From Callorhinchus milii (taxonomy: Eukaryota): a stretch of 64,000 bases of DNA. Of the stretch, positions 38,636-52,224 are shown one piece after another. Positions within the stretch are counted from its first letter, which is position 1. Every line of letters starts with the position of its first letter. A program made the translations under genes and the position numbers. The DNA lies in assembly GCF_018977255.1 (NCBI RefSeq), contig NW_024704743.1, forward strand, positions 2,420,001-2,484,000, in the 5' to 3' direction. The notes beneath the pieces were generated by a model. The model saw only the letters and a program-made list of their open reading frames with translations. It had not been told where the DNA came from and did not search any database.

Positions 38636-40194
38636 CTAAAAATGAATGGAAAACAATTATAGTGAGAGAAACAGTGTTGAGGTAAATTAGACGCTTACGA
38701 ATATTAAGAGTACAGCAAAAAAAAACTGCTCATTCAAAAGCTACGCACGAGAGATCAACAAGTGCAAAGAAACAAGATACCAAACGCTTCATTTTAATGA
38801 GTAATTGAAGATCTCGAATCAAGACCTTGAATCTCTGGATCTCCAACTGGTGAAACCAGCATTGAGTGAGTAGAGGTATGGATTCGGGCTGAATAAAGTA
38901 CAGCGGCAATACTCTTATGCAACAACAACTTGCATTTATACAGTGCCCTTCACGTGGGGTAGTGACCGGCAGCACCATCAAAAAAGGGAAGGGATTTGAA
39001 GGTGAGGAGGGAGAAAGAGGGGGGGGGACAGGCGGAGGGATTGAGGGAGAGAGTGCCAGAGTTTGGCTATTTATGCATTGCATGCTGAGCCGTGCTGCTG
39101 GCAACCTGCGTGGGGAGGGGGGGCATTTGTCAAATGTCTAATCACCAACGAATGACGATGTCCCTTTAGTGGAGGTGAGTGAGCACAAGTTGGAGCTACG
39201 CTGGTGCTCAAGTGAGTGAGCACAAAGAATGCACACTCTTCACCAAATGGAAATAATACATCTAGGAAGCTCTCAGTAGATTGGCTTGGAGATTCTTAAC
39301 CAAGGTGATGGATTTCCATGTGTCAGACCCTCGGCTAACCAAACCAAACAATCCTAACTTGGAGTAATCCATAAATTCGACATTTTTTCAAGTTTAAATT
39401 TCAACACACGGCATTTTTCACATTTATCTAAGAGTTGATATCCTCGGTATTCGAGTAAAACGGTCATCCGCAAGCGCTGAAAACTACACGGACTACCTCT
39501 TCATAACCTCAGCACTGACATTTCTTGTTTGTTGTGGACATTCACAATAACAACAACAAGTTACAAGTGGTATAGCGCCTTTCACATCGGAAAGACGTCC
39601 TTATGAAATCCAGGAAGTGATATCAGCTACAACCCGACGATCTACAGACAGTCCAGAAGTATACTACACTTCCCTTAAACGCAGGACTATGGGAGACCTG
39701 CATTAAAAGTAAACTCAGGCCCTGCCCAGTATTTGTAGGCTAAGCTTTATTCTGCAGCTTCATTCTGTGGGATATTACAGGTCAAAGGCATATTGTGGAG
39801 AAATGTCCTCAGAGAATCAAAACACTCAGTGGTTTATTTGATTAGATATTCAAATTGAAACTAAACCTATTGTCTAATTCCATACAGATGTCCTGCTGGA
39901 CAATAAGAAATGACATCTGAGAATCAAAATTATTAATAAGATGAAATCTGTTATACATCTACCACTTGTTGCTTTGCATCCACCTGATGGTAAAACTCTG
40001 GTTCATGTCATGTCACTGGAGATTTGTAGGTTAGCAAATATGTCTGAAGGTACACGAGGCAACATGCCTGTGCAAGTACTCCGAGACACTGTCCAGCATG
40101 AAGGGCACTATATAGTTGTTGTTGTTGTTGCAAGTTACGGACTCAGGATGCAAGAGCAATTGCTTTGAGACTCAATTTTGTTTTGGTCAGCTGG

Positions 40195-40516
40195 ATAATA
40201 AGGATAATATTTATATTTGATATAGCGCCTTATTATTGAGACGTCTCAATGCGCTTCACAGAATATACTGTAAGTGAATCGACTGAATCTTGTGGGCGAA
40301 ACAAAACGTTTGATATTTATTATTATTATTTTTTCGAAGCAATTATTACCCCCGGACAGCAATCCACCAATTGACTAACAACCTACTCACTGTTAGGTAA
40401 ACAGAGGCACGTGGAGTAAGAAAACTTGCCTAAGGTTCCCCACCCCCGGCTGGGAAACAAACACAGGTCCTCTCGCTTACGAGGCGAGCATGTTAACCAC
40501 TACGCTACAGGACTCT
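40195..40516 (-). mobile_element. Dominant SINE, internally deleted
   Basis: Tail and head present, middle missing. Confidence 0.85.
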
Positions 40517-43500
40517 ACAATGATCTCTATCTCCAAGGTCCCAGGTGAAAATGTCTTCTTGTCTTCCTGTGTGAAAACAAGGAGATTTGTTGCAGGTTGC
40601 AGAAGGGTTGCAGGTACAGATAAGACGGTCTTCATTGTCTTCAGACAGGGAAGCGTTCTAACAAGATCAATGGCGGAGAGGAAAGATTACCACTATATAT
40701 CTTAAATGATGTGTAATAAGTGTTCTTTTTCAGTGTTCTCTTTCTCTCATATCAAAATTTCAATATTAGAGCATTCAATGCACGCATAGCCTCTGTCCTT
40801 TGTAAACTATCACTGAAATCTTTTAATCCAAATCCATTTGTTATCTATGGAGTAGTTTATAATGAGCACATTATCAAATAACCCATATGTATGTAAATAG
40901 GTATCGAACTGCAAAGCAGGGAGAACAAAGTGCCTTTAAGCGCCTTGGGACGTCCTCCCGACATGAACAACAACAACAAAATTACATTTGTATAGCGCCT
41001 TTTACGTCGGGAGGATGTCCTATAGGATTTATATTATCCCAAAGCCACAAAACTGTATTTTGGGGTGATAAGATGTTCCCTACTTTCTTTACGATACACA
41101 ATATACACTCACGCACAACAATCTGGCACAAATTATTGCTTCCGCTCCTCTCTCCTGTCCCATAAAATCCACCAAAAATGATCTATAAAAAGTTTAACAC
41201 ATGAGAAAACTGCACTTTTTGCAGTGATCAGATCTCTCCCGCTGGCTCTCATGAAAATATGTTGGTGTGAGAGATTGCTTTTATGCTTCCAAAAATGAAA
41301 TCCTTCATTTCAACATCGGATAGAGTTGGCGTTGTTTGTTGCACTTCACGTCACAGTTGCTTTCTACACTCATTTAGTTGAGATATGGTTACATACCACA
41401 GACTATCTGTTCGTTTTGACTCTAAACTTAAAATTAATGAACCACTATTGCAAGTTAAAGTCAAACATAGTTAGTATGGATTTCACTATATGTCAAAGGT
41501 AATTCTGACCCGCACTTCATTCTAGAGCAAGATATACAGACAACTGTGCAATCACATCATCTTTGATTCATGGGAATTAAGTTGACAAGACTGAACAAAA
41601 TAAGGAAATGTCAACGACACATAACCAACTTAAAACTGTTTAACACCGCACGGTTTTGTGTCTCTAGTAATACCCGAGTGACTGTATACAATAGCCCTAA
41701 AACAAGCGCTAATAATTTTGTCAAAAACCATCAATGTCATTCAATTAAAGACTCTCATTCTCAAAACCAGCCTGTCTTCAGCACATTATTTCCTCTGATT
41801 TATACACCCTCAGAGACAGTGCTGACTGTAAATTACTCAAAGTGGGGAGAGAGCTTTTACTGCCACCATTAATCAGCCGCAGATAAACACACGGGAGTAA
41901 AACTCAGCCGATTGCCCAGCTTTCCATTAACAGCTGTAATCTGGAGCTGGAAGGTCCCAAGAGGAAGCCTCCTATCAGTTCATTGCTCACATGTACTTTA
42001 GTTAAAGACACACCAGATGTCAAACTTACTTATTAGTCTATCCTTCAACCAAAGCAGTGTTGCACTGTGTCAAAGATGAAAAGCAGACTGCTACTGTTAA
42101 TAATAAAACATCAGGGCAGTGAATGACACTTTGATGACATATTTCCTAATGAAGCTTTCACACACAAAAAAAGTGAAATCTTTTTTCACCAATACCAAAA
42201 TCAACTGTTACAAACCCACAGTTATGTGCATACCTAATAGAAACGAGACTGAAAGCAAAACAGCCTTCAGCAAATGGCACTTTGTTAACCAATGTACTAT
42301 TAATGATCTCATAATGGACTGAATTTGTAACTATCAAAACAAACATAACGAAATACATCCTGAGATGGATTGAACTTTCAGGTACTAATTCAATGCAGAC
42401 ACTGCAGAGAAGACCATCTTTTCGGCTCTTAGTTTCTTAAATTTGCCGTACAAAATAATGCAAAATAACCTTGAGATGATAACCCTAACTGGTCAAATGT
42501 AATGCTTATCAAATTACCATAAATTATGGTGTATAGATTGCATCTTTATGGGATTATTTTAACCATCTGCTAACAAGGTCCGCAACATAGAGTAAAATTT
42601 AAGTAAAAATGTAGGAACAAATGTTCACAACAATCACCAGCAATGGTATTCCAGTCAGGGATATTGCTATGCACAGATCAAGAGCTGCCAATTTAAATGC
42701 ATTTATCAAGTAGTTTTTTTTAACTGGCAATTAACGTATCACTCACTAGGTTTAAAATGATTAAACCACAATTGATTGTCTTTCAATGCAGACATCACTC
42801 AACAAAGAGGACCAACCTGGACATCGATGTTTGCCATTACATCTGATGGTCAAAAGGACAAAAACTCCATTAAATCCACAACATACATGACTGGAAATAA
42901 CAGACACCATGGACTTTATTACCTGATAATCTCAGCTCAGGGTTTCAGATAATGGCAATAAACTACTTAAACTACATTCTTACAGTTTATATCATCTGAA
43001 CCTTGGCTTCCGATCACTCCCAAATATCTATTGTTGTATTTTAAAGAGCATTCCATTCCTCTGGGACAATTATTATTATTCTCTGAAACAATTATTGTTA
43101 TTTCACCCATAAAATACGCAATCAATGCATTTCACAATTTATTCTATGAAGGCTTTGGAACGTCTCTACAATGTGACATGGTGCTACATCAAATGCAAGG
43201 ATTAATATTATTATTAGTTTCAATTTGAGAATGGATATTTATGAAGAGTTACAAAGGAAGGCAGTTTAAGTTGCAGTAATTGCAATATTAAATTGGAAAA
43301 TTAAATAAATTAGCTAAGAAATTGAGCAATTAAAATGAATTTCAACTTGATCTGAAAAATATTTTCAGCACAATCCTGCCATAACTCTGTTTAATAAAAC
43401 AATTATAAACACTGAATATTCCCTAATATTACACACAGAACTCGAATGTTAAATAGATTGCTGGAGATGGGGCTGAGGTGGGCTGTAGAGTGGATTAGCA

Positions 43501-45069
43501 CATTGCTTTCACCACTTGAGAGTTTAACACTAGAATTTGAATCCAGAAGAATGAGAGGTTTCCCTCCTTATCCTCTCCGCTGCCTTCAATACAACTGACA
43601 ACGCCATCGTCTTCGACCGCCTCTCTTCCCTCACTCTCCTGGTGTGCACACCCGCCTCATCGTGCTAACTGACCTTCAAGCCGGGGATACCAACCTTAAC
43701 GACTCGGTTTGAATCCCCCGAGCCGAAGGTAACTTATTTGCTTCAATTTCCGAAGTACAACTCTCATTTTAAGTGAGATAATGTAATTCTTTGAAACGGG
43801 AAGGCAGGAAGTATTACTGCTGAGCTGACGGCAATTAACTTTTTGGCCTTCTCTCAACTTCCAGACCTAATACACTATCTGACCTGCGTCTCTCTGTCAC
43901 CCATTCTCTCTCAGCCATCATCACCACTCACCACTACTTACTTATTAGAATTGTCCAAGCATTTGCACATCTCAGAGTCAGTGTTACCTCTTGTGCTTCT
44001 CGTAATTAATCACAAACAGAACCGGTTGTTTCTAATTTAAACAAATTTACTTCCATAGTCTTTTGAAATTAACAGGAGCACAGATTGCCAAAGTTCAATT
44101 TAGCACAGACAGTCATGACATTTTGAAACATTACAGAAATTAAGAGAGAATGTTAAGTCAGTTTGAGGGTTGGAGTAGGAAAGAAAAATTGGTCTCAGAA
44201 TATAGTTTGCTAGTTGAGGAACTATCATTTTATGCACTAAACATAAATATTGTTTAGTGCATACACAATATTTGTATATTGTTAAACAATATTTATATAG
44301 CGCCCTTCGTGCCGTGAAGGGCGCTATATAAATGTTAAGTTGTTGTTGAATATTCTTTTCAATATCCATTTACGAGTTGTACAGAAAAATGTACTGTACT
44401 TCATATCGTGCTCTTTCTTTGTGAATCTGTGTTGAAACCGAGTTTGAAAGGAAAGGTATGTGAGCAATTCATGCTGACTCTTTGGCTTTCATTTTCATCC
44501 TCCAAGTTTCCTCTCGTCACCTTGCTGATTCATGGTGACGTAGCACTCCACAATGCCATGCAATCACAGCACCGTATCTACCAAACTGGTCAGCCTTTGT
44601 GTGTAAACCTACACATTGAACACCGGCAAGTTATTTGGTCACAAGACTATCACAGCCAAGTCTGAACCTCTCGTCATTCAACATCAACGTGCATTCCAAG
44701 AGCCAGTAAATAGTGAATAGAAAGGGAACAATAGCTGACATTACTCGTCTGAACCAAGGGCACAAGGCTAATCATCACGCTCCTACCTCAGCATCGACCA
44801 GAGGTCAATTAACTCAGCAGAGACCAAGGATTAGACCGGGGAGCTTGCAGATCTTACAGCTCAGTTTCTGACACTAGGCAACAGCTTCAAATCAACCAGA
44901 GTTTATAGTTCCTTAGATCAATAGTTCTATAATCTAAAATGACAACAAATTTCATTTATAGAGCACTCTTCACCCCGGGCAGAGTCTCAGAGCGCTTAAA
45001 AGATGCATTAACCTTATTCCAAGATGCTATTCTGCATGAATGGCATTATATAAATGCAAGTTAATGCAA

Positions 45070-45460
45070 GTTATAGCGCCTTATCACGTCTTTGAGACGT
45101 CTCAATGCACTTCACAGAATATATTGTAAAGTGAATTGACTGCATATTTTTGCGGCGAAACACAGAAGCCAATTGCGCACAGCAGCGTCCCACAAATAAT
45201 CGTGGATTGAGTGACCAATTTATTATTATTTTTTACCAAAATATTATTACGATTTATTTTATTATGATGTTTTAAAAAGAGATTATTATCCCGGAAAAGC
45301 TATCCCCCAATCGACGAACGACCAGGTTCCTATTTACTGCTGGTAAACAAAGGCGTGTGGAGTAAGGAAACTTGTCCAAAGTTTCGCCCCGACCGGGAAT
45401 CAAACCCAGGTCCTCTCTCTTGCGAGGCAAGCGCTGTAATCACCAAGCTGCAGGATCCAC
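45070..45460 (-). mobile_element. Dominant SINE, near full-length
   Basis: Reverse-complement copy. Confidence 0.9.
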
Positions 45461-48400
45461 TGTAGGACTATTGTGTTTTAGTTAGTACTGTAACTAATTT
45501 ATAGTTTGCGTGATGACCCATTATTCACACTGTTTCTTTATCCACAATGAGCCTGATCCCAATTAGTGCAGGATAATGGACTCTCTAATATCAGATAATT
45601 GTGTACCCTAGATTCCAACCAAGAAAGAATTCAATTAGGATGAAATAAATCAATGTTCCAAGATGCCTAGAGCCACAGAAACGTGATTTTCAACCGAGAA
45701 TTTATACCCAGCCCACAAACAGAATGATAGTACAAGATAAACAACTAAAAAAGGTGCCTAAATAATTTTTAAAAAAGCAAAAGAAAACATCTGAAGCTAT
45801 TCTGATTTGTAAATCCAACCATAGTAAGTTAAGGCATCCGGGCTAAATGTTTAAGGATTTCCCCCCCAATTTATAATCTTACATTGTCATGGTGCAAACC
45901 AGAAAAGAAGTTGTTTCTGCCTTCCCAAGTCTGTAAAGCTACTAACCTTTCAGACAATTGCACGTATGGCATTCCTTGACAGTGCAAATGAAAGATTTTT
46001 TTTTGCAAATCTCTTGCTGGTGTGACTCAACTTTTATAAATGTATTCCACGCTGCCATTTAGTTCAATGTTACATTTACAAAAAAAAGCCAAAAGGAACA
46101 TTTGCCTAATTGCACCTCATACAGACGGCATTTAATTTTTTCTACGAAAGAAAATACACTCACGACACAATTTACAGAACATTAACTGGGTTATTTCTGC
46201 ACCTGGAATGCTGCAAGACACACTAGATTTATGGGATGGGAAATGTAAACCAATATAACTATGTACTTGAAGATACATGCAGAACAACTAAAGATTATGA
46301 CAAGCAGGCGCCCTTTGTTGTTGAACCTCAAAGGCTAAATAAATAGGATTTGTTCAGAACAATTTGTCAACTTAAAACAGAACTCAAGCACAGGGGCTCA
46401 CCGAGACATTCCAGTCAGAGAAAAAGCTTGGCCAGGACAACACAACATGCAAACTTTAACCAGTTGACACATTAGTGGAGGCAAATGCAAGGCAGTGGTT
46501 TGATCTGATCCAGTCACCTTCCAGCACTCACAATCCTCACTGCAAAAACATGCCTCGCTTTGCCATTCAGCCCTGATGTCTTTCATTTATTGCCCCAAGA
46601 TTCACTTTATTTGTTCACGTCGGCCAGAGCAACGTTTCGATCATCAAACTCTTTTCACGAAAAAGAATGAAAAGGAAAAAAAAACTATAACAGCTCCAAT
46701 TAAATCTAACTTTGGCAGCAATAGGAATGCAACTTTATTGTAAAAGGTTATATGTGTTCCACAATGGCATATTTAGTGAGAACATTAACTGCACTGATAG
46801 CTTAAAAAAATTACGAGGCTTCTATAGATAACAAAACAATAAAGTACAAAAGGCCCCCGACTCTCCTACCCTTAAACTTGCCATTTTATCTTTCAGCTTT
46901 TTCAAAGTTGTTAATTTTAAAGTACCCAGTTAGCCTATTATCCGGGGGTAATAATTCCTTCAAAAGAAATAATAATAATAAATTGGTCACTTCAATCCAC
47001 TACTGTTTGTGGGACACTGCTGTGTGCAATTGGCTGCCATGTTTCGCCCATACAATACAGTCAATTCACTTTACAGTATATTCTGTGAAGCGCTTTGAGA
47101 CGTCTCGAAGATGTGATAAGTCGCTGTATCAAAATGCAAGGATTACTTGCACGATCCATATTTTCGGACCACCGCACTTCCCCACAAACGAAAGGCCGTG
47201 TCTCACGGTGATACACTGTCTGGATAAATTTGTAATAAATTTGTAAGCAAAACCCGCAGATTTTCGCAAACAATGTGAACGGAAGCGAATTCTACATGAT
47301 CTGCCCCTTTAAAGTGACCGCTCGATTAAAAAAAAAATCAATTTGTGTTTCGAAAAACAGAGCCTTATTTGGGGCAGAGGCGATCATTGTTAAACATGGC
47401 AATACATCCACTGCATTGGTACACAAATGAGCCAATTAAATGTACTAATTCTTTTTGGAGAGGAAAGTACACTTTTACCGTGTCTGAGAATTCCGCACTG
47501 TGCTAACTTAACGGCAGGTTTGTCAAACTGATTGACGAGACTGCTATTAGCACTGAAGGTAGTGTTGGCGATCGCGATTGGTGCTGCAGGATCTCAGGCT
47601 GGAACAGTCTTGACGGAGCAAAACAAATAGATGTGCCCGTGTCAAAGCATCACACGGATTATTACAGACTGTGTCATTTGAGAGAACCAGCGTAAACAAC
47701 AACAACAACTTGCGCTTATATGGCGCCCGCCACGCACGGTAGCGTCTCAGACCGCTGTCAAGGTTGAGATGATAATAATAATAATCCTGGCATTTGATAC
47801 ACCGCCTTATCAGGTTTTCGAGACGTCACAAAGCGCTTCACAGGTTGCACTGTAAAGAGAATTGACAATATGTTTTGAGGGCGAAACACAAAATGATCAT
47901 TACCTGGACAGGCGCTCTCGGACACTACCCTGCATGAGGAGCGCTGTTTAATTGCAAGTTGTTGTTGGATGTGATTGAGAAGCAGTCTTAAAGGGGCTGC
48001 AAGTTCCTAAGGAGGCAGCCGCAAATCTGCATCACCTTTTGACCTAACAACATATGCCAATGTCAGTCGGGCTGCCAGTGGCAACAGTAATTACCACCGT
48101 CTCAAACCTCTTTGCCATGGTTCCTTTCAAGCCTCTGCAGGGGACATGAATTCCTTCAAAACGCTGCTTTGTACCGGGTTTAAAGCTTCAGAAGTATGGA
48201 TGCAAATGGGAGGTGAGCACAAGCTCCAAAGAAACACCACTTGTGTTCCACTAACGCAGGAGGGAAAACATTACGAAATGGATTCAAACGACAACAACTT
48301 GCACTTATGTAGCGCCCTCCACGCGGGGTAGCGCCTCAGAGCGCTTAACAGTGGCGGAGCCTGACTCCGAGCCGGGTGGGGGAGGGGGCAGGCGGCCGCA

Positions 48401-48597
48401 AGCACGGCCGAAGAGGATTAAATAGAAGAATCTGCCGGAATGTTTGCTGGATTTAACTTTAGGATTCGGGAAGCATTTAAGTGGAGCTTTCGCCCCAGGA
48501 AAATAAAATGCACGAGTGAAAGCTACAGTACAGTCAGCATTGGGTGGCTGTGGAAGAAATGAGCTTGATGGCCATTCTATACATTATGTTCTTATTG

Positions 48598-48990
48598 CCG
48601 GCTTGGCTGAGTTGGTAGCACTCTCGCCTACAAGTCAGAAGGTTGCGGGTTCAAGCCCCGTGTTGGGAATTTAAACCTATATAGTCTAAGCCGACACTCC
48701 ATTGCAGTGCCGGAGGGGGGGGGGTTTGCATTGTCAGAGAGGTTGCCGTCTTTCGGATGAAATGCTAAACCACAGTACTATTCAAAGAGAAAAGGGGAAT
48801 TTATCCCTGTGTTTTGGCCAACAATCCCCCAAATAAAATTGGTGGGACACTGCCACGTACAAATCAACTATTGCGTTTCCCAACAAAACAAACACAGGCA
48901 CAACACCAATTACACCAGTACATCAGGACAGTACACCAGTACATCTGTGGAGTGCTTCGAGACGTCTACACATGTGATAAAGGAACAAGA
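48598..48990 (+). mobile_element. DeuSINE-like (SacSINE1/AmnSINE1-type) tRNA SINE
   Basis: GGCTGAGTTGGTAGCACTCTCGCC...GGTTCAAGCCC head, then GTCTTTCGGATGA...TGGCCAA central domain resembling the Deu domain. Confidence 0.7.
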
Positions 48991-49331
48991 TCAAATTTTA
49001 AAATCATCAGCTGTTTTGTTTCCCTTTTGATAGACCTGAAGCTCGATGGAATGCAGTCCCAAAACTGATCCAGAATATCCAGAAGCAGAGGACATACGAG
49101 GAGGATTTTTGGGAAATCCCCAGAGTGCAAGACATTATGCACCATGATCCCCAAATCGGATGAAAATTTGCCTGCATAAAAGCACAAGGGATTTCACTCT
49201 GTGAATATTCAGGCAGTCTGTGACCATCAACATCAAATCATTCATCTAAATGCTAAACTTTGCAGGGGTCGAACTTGTGTGGCCATTGTGCCTCCTGTAC
49301 ATGTGGATTGGTGGCTCCTGAGACTCTACGG

Positions 49332-49870
49332 ATAATAATAATAATAATCCTTGCATTTCATACAGCACCTTATCACGTCTCAAAGCGCTTCACAAAAATT
49401 TACCACCAGAACTTGGGATTTACATAGCGCCCTCCACGCCGGACGGTGTCTCAGAGCTTCACAGTAATGGATCCCGGGGCTGAGCCAAGGGGAGGGGGGG
49501 GGGAGTGACCAAAGGTGCGGTCGAAAAGAAAGGTCTTCAGTCGAGACCTGAAAATAGGAAGAGAGGGAGCGAGGCGAAGGGAGTGAAGAAGGGAGTTCCA
49601 GAGCCTCGGGGCATAGTGGCTGAAGGCACGGCCGCCGAGGGTGGAGCGGAGGACTCGGGGACAAGGAGGAGGCCAGACCCAGTGGAACGATTTACTGTAA
49701 AGTGGATTGACTGTGTGGTTTATGGGTGAAACGCAGCAGCCAATTGCACACAGCAGCGTCCCCACAAACAATCGAGGATTGAGTGACCAAATTATTATTA
49801 TCATTATAATAATTATTAGTTTTTTAAGGGATTATTGCCCCTGGAAAACGATCTACCAATCGTCTAACGA
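49332..49870 (-). mobile_element. Dominant SINE with a nested L2 3' fragment (49404-49689; TSD ATTTAC)
   Basis: ATTTAC at 49398-49403 and 49690-49695 flanks an L2 end (GGRAFSHYAPRLWNSL...FRSRLKTFLF on the minus strand). Confidence 0.88.
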
Positions 49871-50047
49871 CCATTGATGTTGACAACTATCTATAAAAGA
49901 AAGAAAAGGATCAATGGCTAAGGAGAAGTACAGATCGAGGCGGTTAAATGGTTTAAGGGCATAGTGGCTCTTGGGGACTTTTGTAAATGTCAGAACGAGT
50001 TCCTGGTCAGCAAGACAGATACTGCCGGGTGTCTAAAACAATTATAC

Positions 50048-50067
50048 TATATATATATATATATATA
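50048..50067. repeat. (TA)n microsatellite
   Basis: Directly visible. Confidence 0.95.
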
Positions 50068-51549
50068 GAACCATTGGAGATAAGGTCAGGTAGACATTCT
50101 GTTTTACTCAGTCTATCGTTTAGGACCCAGAGAATTAATCGTTTGTAATCTTGCGGACAGTCATTTTTATTGATAACAGCATTCAATTAAAACAGTTGAT
50201 TTTCAGTAATACAGTATACTGCATTCTGATCACATTTAATTGCAGTCTGGAGGCCTGGATACATCTCAATATTCAAAACTACAGGATTCATTTTGAAAAC
50301 TATTATATTTTGATTCCATGTTAAACCATATCAATGTCGAGGCGATCTAGAAGAGAATTATAATAATAATAATACACAGTATGTCACATCTGGCATAAAA
50401 TGAGTTTTGGAAACGCCAGCTGAAATGGAGTATGCTTCACCACTGCAGGCAGATCGATATCTCCAAATCACTAGAGCCAACCAGTTCAGATACTGTGATA
50501 GCTTTATTGCTGTAACAGTCGTTTTTGTACACTAACACAAAACCATATTCATTATTTACCTGTGCTCTTTCTGACATTGAGAATCACATTGAATCTCACC
50601 TGTGACGACAGATCAAGACAATGTTTCTCGCGATTCAATCCAGCCGGCAGGTAATTGTGCACGAGTCAATAAGTCAGAACTCAAGACCGCCGGTCACTGA
50701 TGGGAGTAATTGGAGGGTAAGGGAATGGCATTGCCAGTTAGGAGGCGATTAATACGAGTCATGCAAAGATACCTGAGGGGGTTTGATAGGAAACTGTATG
50801 CGACTCGTGTTCTTATGACTTGGGTGAATATACGATTTCTAAAGATAAAAACTTGTGTGGGCTTTACTGTAGTAGAAACTATGAAAGAGTGAGCCAATCA
50901 ACAATCCCTCCACAGGGAGATCAGCCTGGAGGGGTGAACCTGTACACAGCGCAGTTTTCACACTCCAATTTGAAAAAAATCACTAACGAGTTTGTATAAG
51001 ATCTTGGAAATCTTATTGGAAGTTTATCGGCGCCACGGGACCCGAGCTTTGCAGTTTATAGGCCTTCGGCTCTTTTTGAATTGATACAAATGTTGAGATG
51101 CAGTTACGCTGCTGTTGGATTTCTTCCTTGAACACAGAGGTCAAGAAAAAGCTGGAGAAACTTTTGTATTATTGCTTTTGTTAACCTTTATGAGTAACCA
51201 GGCTACACTTCCGACAGACAAGCCAGACTTTCTCATCGTGTACACTTATGGGTATCATTAATGGAACTTTGAACTCTACCAACTAAACAACGAAAGGCAG
51301 GTTTTCCTCTCCACAGGTTTAAGGTTGGTCACTGCTGACACAGGGCCATCCTTTACTGAGGATTCACAATCTGCTGTCACCTTGCCATTCAGCTTTTCTA
51401 ATCACCTGATCCAGGGTGGATCAGATCGAATCGCTAAGCCAAGGACCAGAATGTTTACCAAACTTGTGGAGATGGATGGGCAACATCATACGAATACAAT
51501 CAAAAGCACACAAAACGTTCAGACAAAGACTTCAGATCATTCAGATCAT

Positions 51550-51895
51550 GGAGTCCTGTAGCCTATCGATTAGAGCACTCGCCTCGCAAGCGAGAGGACC
51601 CGGACAGGGCAAAACCGTAAGCAAGTTTCCTTACTCCACGCGCCTCTGTTTACCCAGTTGCTGGAGGATCGCTTTCCGGGGGTAATAATCCCTCCAAAAT
51701 AAAAATAGTACTAATTTGGTCACTCAAACCACCACTGTTTGTGGGGACACTGCTGTGCGCAATTGGCTGCCACATTTTGCCCACAAAATACAGTCAATTC
51801 ACTTTACAGTCTATTCTGTGAAGCGCTTTGAGACGACGCGAGATGTGATAAGGCGCCATTTCAAATCCAAGGATTATTATATAGATTATTATTAT
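51550..51895 (+). mobile_element. Dominant SINE flanking the ZRS
   Basis: GGAGTCCTGTAGC head through (ATT)n tail. Confidence 0.9.
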
Positions 51896-52224
51896 AATCA
51901 AAATCATACAAAAAGTTCAGGCAAAGACTTCTGAACATTTGCACTCACTCCTTGCACATTTCACGTATTCGCGGATTTCAGTGGAGCCGAAGGTCTCGTA
52001 AAACCGAGCGGAATTGAGTGATTTTAAACTCAAAACGGTATCATATTTAAAAAGAAGTAACTTTCCAGAAAGTTCTCCAAAACATTTTAAACACCGAAAT
52101 CTTTTCCAAAATGAACGTCGAGCCCGAATTTCAACAAGAGCTCCTTTTCCTGAGAGAAAAGCTCCCTCCTCCAGCCTTTCAATATGTTTAGCATCATCTC
52201 CCTTCACTGGGCAAATGAACAGGA

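Noticed and set aside
48308..48325. TAGCGCCC(T/C)C words resembling CTCF
   Set aside because: They are part of the L2 tail stem repeated many times and lack the CTRSTGG half.
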